Position numbers and translations under genes: made by a program. Below the pieces are notes generated by a model. That model saw nothing but the letters and a program-made list of their open reading frames with translations, was not told the DNA's origin and searched no databases. DNA of 64,000 nt. It comes from Nymphaea colorata (lineage: Eukaryota). Below are positions 52,117-64,000 of the stretch, in pieces (the stretch's first letter is position 1; every line of letters starts with the position of its first letter). The stretch is taken from assembly GCF_008831285.2 (NCBI RefSeq), contig NC_045138.2, forward strand, positions 4,774,001-4,838,000, given 5' to 3'.

Positions 52117-55100
52117 ATGGCCCGTGCTGCGTCTCTTCTCTGCACTGGTGCGGCCTCTGTAACTTCTTCCAGCAACCATACCCGTCCTCTTCAGTCGAGT
52201 TTGGCTGGTGGGTGCTCATTCTTTCCCACTCTTTTTGGCTGTTTTGCTGTTGCTTTTGTTCGTCTTGTTCTGATGTTTGATCACAGATTTTCTTTTTCAT
52301 TTTTTAGTTACTTAAATGTAATTGAGAAGAATGTCTTTCAACGCTTTTGTTAGTGAGGACATATATATGGTGTTTCTTTTTGCTCGCAGACACTCGGTGA
52401 TTGATTTTTAGAATGGGGGCAGCTCTTCGGTTTGAATCGAATATTGTACTGTGTGTAATGAAGTGTGGCCTTATTGAACACAATATTTATTTTTTGATTT
52501 ATATTCGACTCGTCTAGTTTCCGTTATGGATTCCATTCTCAAATAAAAGTAGGGGAAACTGTATTGAACTAGAAAAGTTCTGTCAGTGAGGATATAAACG
52601 TGTTTCTCTAACTCCTAGATTTTGGGTTCATCGAACTCTTTAATTGGCACACTGAGTCTATTGATCTTTTGGACAAAATCTTGATAATTTAATTTCTAGT
52701 CAAATTAGGAAAATTGCGTGAATTCTATTGTTCGAATGGACTAGAGGTAGCTGTAACGAATTAAGTTCAAAGCAATGCATCTCTTTGTACGTCAGTGTTA
52801 AATAGATTCTACAGTTTACCATTTCTTTGCAGTTAAATTTCAAAGGTGTCTGATCTGTTCCCTTATATCTTGAAGTACAAGGTGTGCTTTGTATTTTTCA
52901 GGTATGCTTGTATACAACACCATTGATGCACAAAGTTATTACCATGTCTGCCTAACTACTTTTCTAAAACTTGATGTACTTGACACTTCATACCTGTGTT
53001 AAGGCATCCCTCCTGACATGGGAGCAGACTCTGTTGACTCTTGAATCGTCTCCTTCACTTGTTCCAAACATAGTGTAACTTGCAAGTGGGTAGTTTGTTG
53101 CATGTTTACTTTCAAAGCATCTCAAACATGCAAGTTCTGCAACTTATTTTATTTTCATGACCTTTTATTTACTAGTGCATGTGCATCTCAAACAATTAAA
53201 ATTCAATTTCATAATTTTTATGTTCTACAGGGAATATGTTTTCAATCTTTGATCAACAAGGAGTCCATGCACTGCTATGGAGAGATTCAGTTATTAAGGA
53301 AGTGCTTTTCTGCCATCCCATCTTGAAAACAAAGCATCAATCGTGTATTCAGTGGTCTTCTATTTCATGTTTTAGTGGTGAGAAAAAGGATTCATCTCTT
53401 TGTCCCAATATCCAGCAAATGAATGCACGGATTCTTTATTGTGCAGCCCCAGCTATGGGGCATAACCAGGTAACTTTCTTTGCAATACAGGATAATCTTT
53501 ATCCAATTTTGACACAGTTTGGAGCCAACGTTTGCTTCACATCCTCATTGTGATACTATACTGTATGTAGATTCCAGTAAAAGATTGTATTAAATGGTAA
53601 ATATGGCGATAAACTGCGATTTTGGGCATAAAATATATATGATCTTGTAGTGATAAAATATTTTGGATTGATTAGTCCTAGATATTGACTTTTCTAATTT
53701 ATCAATTGTCACATAGAGCTTCTTATGGATTAGCTTTATTGTTGTATTGGTGGCATCCTTTATAGTTGAGGAAAAAGGAAAATCGAGGTTGATTTCATGC
53801 ATGAAAGGAAAGGTATTCGTTGTTATTCATTTTTCTTTTCACACAAGAGTTTATTTTATCTTCCAAAATAAAATATTGTTTTTTTTTTCATATGCATGTT
53901 CAGTTGTTTAAGAAGTAAAACATAGACATTGAACTTTCTTTTTCTAGGCTTAGCTAAAGGGTCTCTAGTTTATAGTTTTGGTTATTTGTATAATGACCGT
54001 CATTTAGCGACAGCCCAGATTGCATCTGGTGCACACCTGAATCAGGTGTGCACCTGGCACAGTTGTGGCAGTTTATTTGTGGGACCCATGTAACATATAA
54101 ATTAACATGATAATCTGAGAGATTGAGTTCCACCATTAAGTGAGGATTGAAGAATAAAGGAAGTAAATGGGATATGAAGTTGGTATTCTGTTGCTTACAT
54201 ATGCCCTCCTAATGGTGCATGCATGATCAGACACGTGGTCCACTGCAAATTTGACTCTTTCTTGCAAAGCCATGAAGCATTGTAATGAAACAAAGACATG
54301 CAATCTATTGGAGCTTGGAATGACCTTTACACATAATTTCTCTAGAGGGAGTGTTTTCTTACATTGTCCTTGACATAGGTGTGCACTGCCAGTCTTTGTT
54401 GGTTGAGAGTTTTCCAGCTTACTATATCTAAAAATAACATTGAATATGTAGGATTTCAAGATGAAAGTTTTTTTATTTGAAATTTTGCAGGCATACACTT
54501 GGCTGATGCATTTGGTCGTTCAATAATGATAATGTTATTAACATGAAGAAAGATAAGCACATGTGTATGGTGTATTTTTAGTCTGCCATATGTTCTTGTG
54601 TGATGAGATATAGCTAAGATTTTTTTTGAAATATTGGTCAAATGGTTTATCTAGCTTATAAATAGCTTGTTCTGTACCGTTTGAATGTGCATGAGCAGCA
54701 TTATTAGATATTTTTTCCTAGTCAAGAAAATGACTGGCTTTATGAAATTTTTTAAAACGTTGATTCTAGTGCTAAGGCAATTTCTGGCTGGATTGTTTTT
54801 CCAATGTATTTTGTTTGGTAGATACTCGAGTTATCTTCCCGAGAATAATAAAAGCCAAAATTGGCTATATTTGTAAAGTGTTGGTGGCATGTGGCAGCAG
54901 AGTTCTTATGGTTTGTCTGCCATCCAAAAGAATCATGTAAAGTTGCAATGATTTCAATGAGTTACCAAATTCAGATAGACAGGCCGGATAAACCACTTTT
55001 TGTCTCACAAAGACACATTTTTGCTTACTTTTGATTCTCTAGAAGCATATAGATATGCTGGTTGACCTGGTCTTTGTATCACCTTGTTTGTGTCCTTATT

Positions 55101-58100
55101 GAATAATGCAAACCTTTTTATCCCCTTGTCTTGAAATTCTGTTCAACCGTGTAGCTAATTGCAGGAATCACATCCAGAATGTAATGCAAGAGTGCCAGCC
55201 ATCATGGAGGCACTTGAGAAGTTGGAGCTTTCACCGAAGGTGAGCTTCCAGGCTGCTTCCCTTATGTCCATGTACTGGCATAATGATAAGTCTTGCATAT
55301 TTAGCATTGACGTCTGATGCACAACAGCTTTTGGTTATTTTTACATGGTTAGTATCGATCTTCTGACGTGGTAGAGATTCAAGATTGGAGGCCAGCTTCT
55401 TTGGATAATATTGCCAATGTTCATTCAAAAGCCTATGTGAACGGTCTAGAGAAGGTATATTATTCCTTCCCCAGTTTATGCTATGCCATTCTAGTGGCTT
55501 TCATGCTATATTAGAAAACTGCATTTTCCCATTCTCACGTAGACATTATGATATTGATGTAAAGTCCATTGTTTATGGAATTATCACAAAGGCGTTGTAA
55601 ATGCTGTTGAATATGTTTTTGTCCCAGGGTGCATAACTTGTCAACAGACAATTTTCATATAAAATGTATATGATGATGGAATAATTGCCATTACAATGGC
55701 TTTGAAACCCTTCAATAGAACACCAAGGTTACATGCATCTGCTGTGACAGTTAGTAATGATTTCTACTCTAGAATAGAGTATGTAATTGAAGGCTTGATG
55801 GTTTCCCAAAGTGAAACACATAATTCTATATATGCACAGTTGTGGTATCTATTTGTAATCCGTGATCCTACTCAAAGACAACCTGAGTAGAAATTAGTGC
55901 ATCCAAGTCATATGACTAGATGTGTGCCTGTTGGAGATTTCCACTTCTAAATGTACTAAAATAATTATGAACCACTGTCACAAATATTCGCCACTCTTCT
56001 GAAAATAAGTGTTAAAAAAAAATTCAAGGAAAATAAATACCAAAGAAGTGAATAAATTGCGATATTTTTAAAAAATTGACACAAAAGTATCACATTTTGT
56101 CAATTTTCTTCAAAATGGTATTTTTTAATATATTTTAAAAATTTTATCACATGAAAATCTCTCCAATGAAAACCTTCTATGAAAACGTTATGACCTATAA
56201 TTGCTTTATTGTTCTCCATCTCTCCAATGTTTTGTTACTTACAAAAGCCAAAAGGTACTTGATTTTATTGCATTCCTGGCCTTGCATTTGTGTCAGTCTT
56301 GTTGGCATTCATATCACGTGGCGACCTGTAGAAAAAAGTCATGGTACTTTATGAATAACTCTGCAAATGACCTTGTAAAAGGGATGAACAGTGTCACAAT
56401 ATGACTTTTAGACATGCAAAATCAATGATATTGTATTGTTCACCTTCTTGCTAATGCCTGTCAACACAAGGATGATATGTTTTGTGTGAGGAAAGAATTT
56501 AAGTGAATGGTTTATGATATTCATTAATGTGTATGGTCTTCATTTATTTTAAGCGTAACCTAGAAATGATATTATGCAATTCTTCTTTCAGCCCACTTAC
56601 CACTTTAAAGTGGGTTTTACAGGTTGTGCATAGAGCTTCTCGGGAAGGTCTAATCGTTATTGATGGATCTGGACCAACTTACGCAACTGCAACTGTAAGC
56701 CATATTTGAGTATTTGGTTGATTATGACGTCTAAGTAGATAAGACGGGGCCGTCAGTTCATGTATCACTCAGTTACAGCACCTTATCTGAACATATGCAT
56801 GAAATTATGCCTTATGGGTCTGAAGCTCACGTTATATTCTAAGCTAGTTAGCTGTTTGTGTCATATGGATATTTCTGTTTCTTGAATATATACTTTTTGT
56901 TGCAAATTTTCTTGCATATACAAATTTCGTGCAGTTGTGATATGTATTGACATTTTAACCTGATAATGCAGACTTTTCAGGAATCACTTCTTGCAGCTGG
57001 TGCAGGAATTTCTCTGGTTGATTCTGTGGTAGGATATTTTAGAGGTTCTTTAACTACTCATAATCTCTAGTTAGCAAATTTGTGGATAAAAAACTAAGTC
57101 TTTACCAGGAATATGTTTACTTGAAGTTTGAAAGAGGGAACTCATAAAACTTGCTTTATTTTCTTTTCAATGGGAACCATTAAATCAAGGCTGAAAGTTG
57201 GTCTAACAAGTTAGTTTTATATGATAGGTGGCAGCATCAAAACTTGGGCAAAGGCCACCTATGGGATTTTCAATAGTAAGGCCTCCAGGACATCATGCTA
57301 TTCCAAGAGGCCCAATGGGATTCTGTGTCTTTGGAAATATTGCTGTTGCAGCTCGCCATGCACAACAAGCACATGGCTTAAAAAGAGTGCTTATAATTGA
57401 CTTTGATGTTCACCATGGAAATGGAACAAGTGATATATTCTATGATGATCCAGATGTCCTTTTTATTTCCACTCATCAGGTAGGCCTCTGGCCAAATCAT
57501 CTCTTTAGGTCTTTGTTTCCTGCTGCCATTATTCAATTGAATTCCCTTCCACCATGCTGCAGTGTAAAGCAAGTGCTTAGTCACTTTATTTTCCAATCTG
57601 GATGTGTCAAATCTATGCATACTATACTCGCTATGCTGTTTCCTCTTTCTTATTGAGAGTAACAGTTGATACCAAATTGAACATCACCCTGACCTATCTT
57701 AGGTTTCAGGGCTGCATGCACAGGGACCTTATAATGGAGAACTGATATTCTATTATGCAGTTCAGCCTTTAAGTATTGGGATTTGAGAAACTGATTGATT
57801 GTTACTTCTGGAGAAGGGTAGTTTTTTATTCAAATTGATTCAGTCTTTGTGATCCAAACTCACTAACTCAGGCTTTAATGGTTTTGGGATGGACCTGTCT
57901 TATGCATGAAATTTATCGTATGTTTTCTGTGATTGTAGTTAGTTGTATGAGTTTAATTTGTTCATTGAATAAATATTGAATAAATTAGTTTAACATGTAC
58001 ATGGATAGGATGGAAGCTACCCTGGTACTGGTAAAATGGAGGAGATTGGTCATGGAAGTGGTGAAGGAACAACATTAAATCTACCTATTCCAGGAGGATC

Positions 58101-59291
58101 TGGTGATACAGCCATGAGAACCATATTTGATGAAATTATTGTTCCTTCTGCTCAAAGGTTTAAACCAGATATAATCTTGGTCTCCGCTGGGTAAGTTTAA
58201 GTACTTATGTTTAGTGTGGAAAGTTATTCCTTTTTGTCTTTTCTGTCGCATTGATGTTGAAGGGGAGCAAGCTTCTTTCATAAAGTCTTTTGACCTTTTA
58301 ACTCATAAGTTAGGAAGTGTAGCATTTGACCAGAAGTTACCGTGCATTTGAGTGGTTTGTGAACAAAAAGCCATTAGCATAAATTGTCATAATCCTTTCA
58401 AGTGTCAGATTTGTCATTAATCTTAAAAGGAATTATTTTTGCATGCAATTCCATAGAGTTTTTTTTTTTTTTCGTGGATGGCAGTTCTGAATCTTCTGAT
58501 ATTATCCTGTAAAAGGTCTTTTTATTGGGTTAATTGCATATGATGACATTTTCAAAATAGTGAATGCACTTATGAAAGGTAGATGCTGGTAGGAATTAGT
58601 CCATTAAACTTTTAGCACCAAGGAAGGTTGTCACTGCATACACTACATAGATGAATACTCACACTTGAACTGCACATACACACATAAAGGCCTCTGTTAC
58701 ACTACACAGTTGCACTTTTCTGTATTCAGAAGTAGAAGAAATCCAAGAAATTATATTACATGATGAGAATGATCACAGGATCTTGTGGATGGCACATATT
58801 GTCAGCTGTTGTGCTCAATATGTTGAATGGGATTGTACGAGTAGGCAATTAGATGATTGCTCTGATAACCTGATGTCATTTCCCATCCACAGGTTGCCTT
58901 GCATCATACACTACTAAATGACAAATCACCATATTTTTGTTTGCATTTGGTGTCAAAGTCCTCTGTCCTCAAGAAATTTGTGTGTTTCAGCTACGATGCT
59001 CATGTGCTGGATCACCTAGCTTCTCTACAATTTACAACTTCCACATACTACATGCTGGCTTCCAATATCAAGCAATTGGCAGAGGACCTATGTGGAGGTC
59101 GCTGCGTGTTCTTCTTGGAAGGAGGGTACAATCTTCATTCACTCTCTTACTCAGTTGCGGACACATTTTTTGCATTTTTAGGTGAACCAAGTATTGCATC
59201 CAAAGTTGACAACCCAGCCATTCTTTATGAAGAACCAATGACCAAAGTGCGGAATGCAATCCAAAGAGTCAAGCATATACATTCTCTCTAG
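52117..59291 (+). CDS. HDA14: Histone deacetylase 14-like (class II RPD3/HDA1 family; HDA14 is reported as a plastid lysine deacetylase), 436 aa, 9 exons
   Basis: Exons 52117-52147, 53231-53469, 55165-55239, 55353-55454, 56623-56694, 56972-57028, 57228-57479, 58009-58190 and 58991-59291. All introns are GT-AG and phase-compatible; total 1311 nt. Motifs: [59 protein letters not shown]-terminal KHIHSL. Exon 1 is the least certain; an alternative ATG lies at 53236. Confidence 0.93.
55972..56230. mobile_element. Truncated MITE of the 1496-1913 family in HDA14 intron 4
   Basis: Begins CACTGTCACAAATATT, identical to 1496; right end not found. Confidence 0.5.
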
Positions 59292-59886
59292 ATCACCATA
59301 AATTCAACACCTCATATTTTATTTGTCTGACAAGGCTACACGTTGTAACTGTTAATATCATCTACACATATTGTTAATGTCATCTGCCTTCGTGGTGTAA
59401 ACACTCTAAGGTGTAAAGTTCTGATATGATCATATGTTATGTACTCGTTCTTGGTTGATAACTTAGAAAAGTTTCCTCTAGATTTTGTCTAACAGCTGAT
59501 TAAGAAAGAAAATGGTTTTCTTCCAGTAATCGTATAGTGGCGCTGTTTATGAACTACTAATAGTATGCATAATTATCACTGATAAATGAAGAGATATGGC
59601 ATTCATTATATTTCTTTAAGTAATCGCAAGATCTTATGTATAATGTTAGAGAAATATCATGCAAGTAGTGACCGAACTAGACATGTGAATTGGTCTGCAC
59701 AAACATGCAGTAAATTGCAAAAGTAATATAATGCAAGCACTGACGGCTAGAAATCTAAACTAGGGTGAGCAACGATGTACCATAAAATGGCATTATGGAA
59801 AAAATCCAATCAGCAACTATGAAAACATCGGCTAGACTTTCCTTTTTAGGCTTCTGGGTTGATTGTTGATCAAACTAAAATATATG

Positions 59887-59923
<37 letters not shown>

Positions 59924-61189
59924 GTTTATATTTATTATAAAAACAACTTAGGACAAGTTGAATGAGAAGGAAAATATTCTGAAAATTCACTTCTTTGGTT
60001 ATCTAAAAGATTTCAATGTTCCTTCAAAATCAGGAAATTCAGAACCATCACCTTCTCTTCAATGGAGCGACTTCATTGATCATAGTGAAGATTACTTTTT
60101 CTTTTTCATGAAAAATAACTCCTCTTTATAAGCCATCCATCAAAAGATGTTGCCACCAACTCCTGTGGTGCTTGAAGATGGATTATATGTTTCTAGAAGT
60201 CCCCGCAAATGATTGTAAAAGTTATTGAGGAGAAAAATAAAAGATAATAATAACATGAAGCAATCTTGCAGTTAAAAAGCAAAGGCATCATCACTTACAA
60301 AGATTCATATGGTCAATAGGCCGATAATAATGAATTCATAAACACACAGAGACAAGTGCAAGCACATATCTCTAACCGAAAAAGAAAGATACATAATGTA
60401 CGTGCGAACTGTACCCACTACTAGGACTACAACTAAATCCATTTTCCAGAATCAGTGAAAGGTACCGTGTTGTATGCATTTGAGTAAGTAGATGCAGTTA
60501 CTATGTCTTAACATAAGGATCCTTAGTTCTTTACCGTGCTACTAGTACTTTTTTACTGCTTAAAGAGATATATTGGTCATGACGATATGCATATACGGGC
60601 TGACGAATCTCTAAATCTTCTTTTTGCGATTTTTTTTTGTCCCTACAAAGAAATATTTTGTCGTATTAACTATGAGTTATTTGTCGTACTTAAATTGGCG
60701 CATGAAATTACACACACCAAGGTTGTGTATATAACCAGCTTTGGGCAACCATGCCAAGCTTGCTGATGTAGACATAAAACGAAAGAGAACTTTCTCCTTG
60801 CATCAAAAGTCTATATGAAAAATAAAGAAGACAGATTTTACAAGGTTTTGAGAGAAGGTTGTCTTGTGTCCAAGGCTGTATAAAGAGATTTTTTACTAGC
60901 ACAAAGGAATTAAAGAATACAAGAAATCACAACCCCCTCTCCCACAAACCTACAAAAGACAAAATTACATAAATGACGTTACAAAAAATGCATGGAAATT
61001 AAGAAAGCCTATTAATTATAGATTAAACTCCAGCCTCCAACATTCTGATCTATGTAAAAAAGCGAGGGCCGTTGAGACGCAAATTCATACTTAATTTCAT
61101 CATGTATATATATATATATACAGGGGAAGGAGGGCCAGCAAGGGCCCTAACCCTCCTTAATTTTTTTTTAATTTACATGTAAATTCCAA

Positions 61190-61260
61190 AAAATTTTATT
61201 TATTCTATATAAAATTTTATTTATTCTATATAAAATTTTATTTATTCTATATAAAATTTT
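61190..61260. repeat. 21-bp minisatellite, ~3.4 copies
   Basis: aaaattttatttattctatat repeated. Confidence 0.9.
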
Positions 61261-63275
61261 TGAAAGATGATAAAACTTTAATTCAGACTTCTTCATAAAA
61301 AATTTATGGCTTAGGCCTATGTATATATGTCCAATCAAAGACCCCGAAAAGAAAAGGAAAAGGCTACTCAGGTTTGGCAAATAGAAAAACTGGCTACCCT
61401 TCATCAAAATCCACGATCTCGTTCTCAGCCCAATCAAAAAGAAGGGAGGCAGAGAGAAGAAAACGAGTTTAGGGCATCAATGAGCACTATGCAAGAGGAA
61501 TCAGCAGCCCTCCAGTCAGATTCAGGGGCTCTGGCGACGAATGCCGTATATCACTCACCGGCGAGATTCTCACCGGATCCCCTGCCACCGAAGATGTGCC
61601 CTTCATTAGGCAGCTCCCTCATCGTCCCTAGCTGTGAACGTGAGATTCCTCAATTTCCCCTAGGAAGTACTGATGAAACAGATATGTCATTAGGACACGG
61701 GCAATGAGCCAATGACATCTCTGTTGAGGTAAAGCGACAAAGCTAGGAAATGACATCTCACTGTCGAAAAAGGAAGGTCGTGATGCATTGAGCAGGGGCC
61801 AGAAGTGGCGAACAACCAAAAGAAACAAATTATACAGTAACCATTGATTTAGTTCAAACGATAGTTTCGTGAAAAAGAAAAAGAAGGTGGATATCAAGAT
61901 ACAGAATATATATAAAAATTGACCATTCAGGTTACTATAATAGGGGACATCAAATCTGAGCCATGATAATTAATTTTCTTTTTATCTCTCTCCTCCATCT
62001 CTTTTTCTAAAGGCCGGCCACTAGTTTGAGCCGAAATTTTTTTCAGGAGCGAACTAAACAGTCCAACGAACTTATTCGGGTAGGGTCAAACTAAACACGA
62101 ATATAAAAAACAGATTAAACAACCAATTTTTTTTTTTTGAATTTTTATAGTGTAATTTTTTTTTTCAATTAGTTGGGGTGGGGCCACTGCCTAGGCGGCC
62201 CCCCCTCCCTCTGAGAATCCCACCTACCGTAGGGTGGAGGGAACACTCACCTATCAAAGACGACAGAAGGAGCCCCCTGCGGCTCCTCCCTCCTGGTCGC
62301 TAAAGCCTGCAGGTTGGGTGTTGAGGAGGGAAGCTGTGCCGTCGGGGCTCCACTTGTCCAACCATGATCGTTCTCAACCCACAAACGTTGGTGGTGGGCA
62401 AAACAAGAATATCTTACCCTTTGTGCCCGAGTCCTTTGTGCTCGAGTGGTCGGTGCAAATGGTTGGGGTGGGAGCTGGTATGGGGTTAGTTCCCATTTCG
62501 AATCCTAGGGTGTTAATTCCTTGTGCCAGAAAAAAAGGACGTCACAAACACATAATTTGAAATGTGGCATGGGCAGCACCTCAAAACACCAAAAGCAGGT
62601 TTCATAGTTTAGAGTGACAAAGGATTAAATGAGGAAGATAAAATACTTCTCTTTTTCACCCAAAAGAAGATGTTAAAATACTTCTCTTTTTCACCCAAAA
62701 GAAGTAGTTGGTATTAGAGTTTTCATAGGTTAATTAAAAATGACCAAATATCTCAGTATGGAAATACCATGTTAGTCAATCCTCAATTATTCATGGAACA
62801 CCCATCAAGATATAAGTAATAAAAATATTTATAAATAACACGACATAACGCAGCTTGGGCTTCCATTGTCCTGTTTCTTTGTCTATTTACTGCATCCAGC
62901 TGTTCATGCTATCTTCTTGACAGTAACTTCTGCAAAAGAGGAAATGGGAAGTTATGTTCAATATAAAAAGTGACACAATAAAGTTTGAAATTTGCAAAAG
63001 TACCTTGGCATGTCTCTTTACTGCAAGTGAAGAGTACCATCTCGAGTAACTTCTAGCAAAAAAGGAGAAAAAAAGATTCAATGATGCCAGACCAAATTGA
63101 GAACAACCGCAAGATGGCCAGACAAGAAAGTCACTTTCTTAAAGGACCACAAAGTATACAGTCCTGGGAATTAATAAGCCGGGCTTTCTCTCGGAGCCGT
63201 GATTTCTCTTTCAGAGGTGAACTACTAGAGTTGTTTTTATGCATTAAATTCATTGACATGGAGACACCAACCAGT

Positions 63276-63870
63276 TGGGGATACGGCTGTTCATGAGACG
63301 AGTTCGATTTCGTTAGCTCGAGCTCAACTTGGCTCCAGTTATTAAAACTCGAGCTCGGCTCGATTCAGCTCGAGCCGAAGATTGACTTGAGCCAAGCTAA
63401 ACATTTCATTAAAAAGTTATTTTCCTACATACTAGTCCTGTGCATATCCATTTGAGCAATCTACTTTTTTTTTTTGATAATTTTATATGACCCTACTTTA
63501 TATATTTTCTTTCTTAAGCTTAATCGAGCCGCACCCACTTGACTCGAGCTCGACTTGTTTACGTTGTCGAGTTCATCTCTTAACTAGAACTCGACTCGTT
63601 TAATAAATGAGTCGAGTTCAATTCAAGTTTATCAAGCGAATTCGAGTCGAGTTGAGCTCGAGTTAGCTCGACTCGTTGAACAGCCCTAGTTGGAGGCGGA
63701 TGCAAGGGGAGAGTGCCAGAAGATTTTCAAAAATTCAAAATTTTGCATGTAAAATTTAAAAATTCTAGTATAAGTTATATTTAGATTTTGAAAAATTATA
63801 TTTTGGCTCCTTTAAAAAATTAAAACTATAGTTTGCCCCTGCAATGAAAAATTCATAGATCCACCCCCTG
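63276..63870. mobile_element. hAT MITE (CAGGGGCGGATCTA-type ends) carrying a nested element
   Basis: 8-bp TSD CAACCAGT at 63268-63275 and 63871-63878. Right TIR TAGATCCACCCCCTG; the left TIR (TGGAGGCGGATGCA) resumes after the nested insertion. Confidence 0.65.
63282..63688. mobile_element. hAT MITE of the TAGGGCTG family (nested)
   Basis: TIRs TACGGCTGTTCATGAG / CTCGTTGAACAGCCCTA, imperfect TSD gttgggga/gttggagg; same family as 39118-39580. Confidence 0.8.
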
Positions 63871-64000
63871 CAACCAGTTGTATCAAGAGGGCAATCATGT
63901 CAAGCTTGCTGATGCAAACTTACAATGAGAATGAACTTTTTCCTTTGTACCAACCATGGACAAGAAAATTAATAACAGAAATCAACTGCCAAGTCTGTAT

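Overview
Eukaryotic (flowering-plant-type) nuclear DNA: AT-rich, intron-containing, and dense in GA/AT microsatellites and small non-autonomous transposons. It holds three well-supported protein genes. (1) The 3' part of a PLS-E class PPR gene (<1-1400, +; At1g77010/PCMP-E5-like), truncated by the window edge. (2) An intronless ABCG half-transporter (18711-20585, -; ABCG5-like). (3) A 9-exon class II histone deacetylase, HDA14-like (52117-59291, +), reconstructed by hand into a 436-aa ORF. It also holds a heavily decayed PPR pseudogene (~14.4-17.0 kb), an L1 LINE ORF1 remnant, a complete TRIM with a 5-bp TSD, several hAT MITEs with 8-bp TSDs (one nested pair), a Tourist MITE, a CACTA end and a 28-nt U2 snRNA fragment. 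The least explained signals are two apparently spliced minus-strand transcription units with no recognisable product (~43.4-47.4 kb and ~32.1-41.4 kb), the U2 fragment inside an inverted repeat, and a degenerate palindromic repeat array upstream of the ABCG gene. I see no convincing evidence of a wholly new biological system. Homology calls are from recalled sequence motifs, not from database searches.
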